A DNA stretch of 64,000 nt from Macrostomum lignano (taxonomy: Eukaryota): NCBI GenBank assembly GCA_002269645.1, contig NIVC01001626.1:62001-126000 (forward strand), given 5' to 3'. Below, one piece after another: positions 61,662 through 64,000 of this stretch (positions are counted from its first letter, which is position 1; every line of letters starts with the position of its first letter). Both the position numbers and the translations under genes were made by a program. The notes under the pieces are model-generated. The model ran no database searches, was not told the DNA's origin, and saw only the letters and a list, made by a program, of their open reading frames with translations.

Positions 61662-62050
61662 CTCAAACCCGGGTTCGAATCCCACCGCCCGCCGGCAGTT
61701 TGCATTGGGGGCAGAGTAGCTCAAACCCGGGTTCGAATCCCACCGCCCGTCGGCAGTTTGCATTGGGGGCAGAGTAGCTCAAACCCGGGTTCGAATCCCA
61801 CCGCCCGTCGGCAGTTTGCATTGGGGGCAGAGTAGCTCAAACCCGGGTTCGAATCCCGACCCCGTCGGCAGTTTGCATTGGGGGCAGAGTAGCTCAAACC
61901 CGGGTTCGAATCCCACCGCCCGCCGGCAGTTTGCATTGGGGGCAGAGTAGCTCAAACCCGGGTTCGAATCCCACCGCCCGTCGGCAGTTTGCATTGGGGG
62001 CAGAGTAGTTCAAACCCGGGTTCGAATCCCACCGCCCGCCGGCAGTTTGC
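61610..62050 (+). repeat. 58-bp tandem repeat, 8 copies of a tRNA T-arm/Pol III B-box (GGGTTCGAATCCC), probably SINE-head derived
   Basis: B-box at 61613, 61671, 61729, 61787 and onward to about 62018. The units also contain A-box-like GTAGCTCAA. Confidence 0.88.
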
Positions 62051-62514
62051 ATAACGTCCTACTAAGTAGTTGGGTAGTTGGTTGGGCTTGAGTAGTAAGT
62101 AGCTACTATGTAGAAATTTCTGTAATTTTGCGTACTCTTTACCTGTAATTGTAAATACGAGCAGACTGACTCGCAAAGCGAACTTAAAAGAAACGAATGA
62201 TGAGCAGGCATTCTGAAGCGAATGTCGTTAATCGTCTTTATTCGCCTTTATTCTCTGACTGCTTTCACTGTGTTACAGAAGCGAATATTCTCTAGCTAGG
62301 CTCGGTTCTGAAACCAGATATGCAGTATCAGTATTTGGTGCATCAATAGCAGCAAAATGTAAGAATAAAATCTGTTTGAGTCATAGAAAGGCTCAGGGAA
62401 GCGCTGTTCGAGTTCATTCAGAATGGCGGTCGAGCTTTTTGTTTCTGTAGCAAAAATAAACAAATTTTCTACTGATAAATTTCAAACTGCACTTTCGAAG
62501 AACTGGTTCGGGTT

Positions 62515-63400
62515 TTCTTGGGACTGACCAAAAACATTCCATCTATGAGTGATGACCAACAAGCATTCCACCTATGACTGATGACCAACAAGCATTCCAC
62601 ATATGACTGATGACCAACAAGCATTCCACCTATGACTGATGACCAACAAGCATTCCACCTATGACTGATGACCAACAAGCATTCCACCTAATGACTGATG
62701 ACCAACAAAGCATTCCACCTATGACTGATGACCAACAAGCATTCCACCTATGACTGATGACCAACAAGCATTCCACCTATGACTGATGACCAACAAGCAT
62801 TCCACCTAATGACTGATGACCAACAAGCATTCCACCTAATGACTGATGACCAACAAGCATTCCACCTAATGACTGATAACCAACAAAGCATTCCACCTAT
62901 GACTGATGACCAACAAAGCATTCCACCTATGACTGATGACCAACAAGCATTCCACCTATGACTGATGACCAACAAAGCATTCCACCTATGACTGATGACC
63001 AACAAGCATTCCACCTATGACTGATGACCAACAAGCATTCCATCTATGACTGATGACCAACAAGCATTCCACATATGACTGATGACCAACAAGCATTCCA
63101 CATATGACTGATGACCAACAAGCATTCCACATATGACTGATGACCAACAAGCATTCCACATATGACTGATGACCAACAAGCATTCCACATATGACTGATG
63201 ACCAACAAGCATTCCACACATGACTGATGACCAACAAAGCATTCCACCTATGACTGATGACCAACAAGCATTCCACCTATGACTGATGACCAACAAAGCA
63301 TTCCACCTATGACTGATGACCAACAAGCATTCCACCTATGACTGATGACCAACAAGCATTCCACCTATGACCGATGAACTGATGACCAATAAGCATTCCA
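62515..63400. repeat. 29/30-bp minisatellite (ATGACTGATGACCAACAAGCATTCCACCT)n
   Basis: About 29 copies. Confidence 0.96.
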
Positions 63401-63625
63401 GCTATGACCAACAAGCACCCTACGCTCGATGACCAATAACATTGTCACCAGGGGTTCGCAGATGCATGCATTGCTCCTATAAGGGTGCCAGGCAGGTTAG
63501 ATGTGTACAGGAAAGGTCGAAGTGTGGCAAGACGTCTCTCCCATAATCCCATGAAGTTAGGACCTTGCCTGGTTGCCCAGGCTGTGCTTAAGAGTACACA
63601 GCATACAGTACAATACAGCTCGTCT

Positions 63626-63889
63626 TCAGATCGGCGGTTCGAGTCTGCACAGCAATCTTAAACCGTCTGCGGCTGACGAATTGACGGACTCAGTTGCTGC
63701 GACCGTCGGCTCGGCCAGCGTTTCATCGGCGGCGGGGGGAGGGCGACCGGCGGTCTGGTAGATTGGGCAGAAGGCGCCTTCGGGGCAGGCGCACAGCACA
63801 GCGCCACGCACCGCCCGGCCGGCCGGGCCCGCGGGCTCGAAGTAGCAGGGCGAACCCTGCTGGCAGACCGGCTGCAGGATGGTGGCTTT
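63626..63889 (-). CDS. Terminal exon of a gene extending beyond the right edge; six-Cys module (PVC-x5-C...C-x-CP-x4-C...C)
   Basis: Acceptor CTCCAG at 63892-63890 in frame; GC-rich. Cys spacing resembles the Argos/giant-lens or scoloptoxin-11-like disulfide module. Confidence 0.55.
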   Translation of the reverse strand, partial: KATILQPVCQQGSPCYFEPAGPAGRAVRGAVLCACPEGAFCPIYQTAGRPPPAADETLAEPTVAATESVNSSAADGLRLLCRLEPPI

Positions 63890-63898
63890 CTGGAGATC

Positions 63899-64000
63899 CA
63901 TGCTCTGGACTAACCAACTCACCACCCAGCATGCTCTGGACTAACCAACTCACCACCCAGCATGCTCTGGACTAACCAACTCACCACCCAGCATGCTCTG
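63899..64000. repeat. 31-bp repeat (CATGCTCTGGACTAACCAACTCACCACCCAG)n, runs off the right edge
   Basis: At least 3 copies. Confidence 0.9.

Noticed and set aside
61610-62050. tRNA gene cluster
   Set aside because: The units have no anticodon arm and the T-stem pairs only 3-4 bp, so no cloverleaf can form.
62515-63400. CTGATGA (hammerhead core or snoRNA box) in each 29-bp unit
   Set aside because: No GAAA partner or supporting stems.

Overview
Eukaryotic (animal) genomic DNA. GC-rich exons are separated by many unrelated micro- and minisatellites, which make up roughly half the window. This architecture resembles the flatworm Macrostomum, but the taxon is an inference. Nearly all long ORFs in the track are artefacts of stop-free repeats. 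The supportable genes, in order, are: (1) a minus-strand five-exon class A neuropeptide-type GPCR (TM1-TM6; TM7 not found in the window) with D2.50 replaced and DRY read as QIY, plus a GC-rich ORF nested in intron 1; (2) two tandem three-exon paralogues fusing a long charged N-terminal region to a profilin domain, with profilin exons that look identical at the DNA level; (3) an 846-aa single-ORF type I membrane protein with Ig-like motifs; (4) a 113-aa Cys/His protein of seven CxxC...(C/H)x(H/C)-type units, next to a solo-LTR-like element; (5) a secreted acidic protein; (6) a secreted PAN/apple + LamG-like protein; (7) a stand-alone DNase I-fold (EEP) protein; (8) a PAN paralogue of gene 6 with a ~720-aa Thr/Pro mucin insertion and no LamG domain; (9) a 75-aa signal-anchor/coiled-coil ORF; (10) a frame-disrupted GC-rich gene followed by a tRNA B-box minisatellite; (11) a terminal Cys-module exon at the right edge. 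The best novelty candidates are the extended profilins, the Cys/His repeat protein, the orphan EEP protein and the PAN mucin/LamG pair. No database searches were run, so all family calls come from motif recognition.
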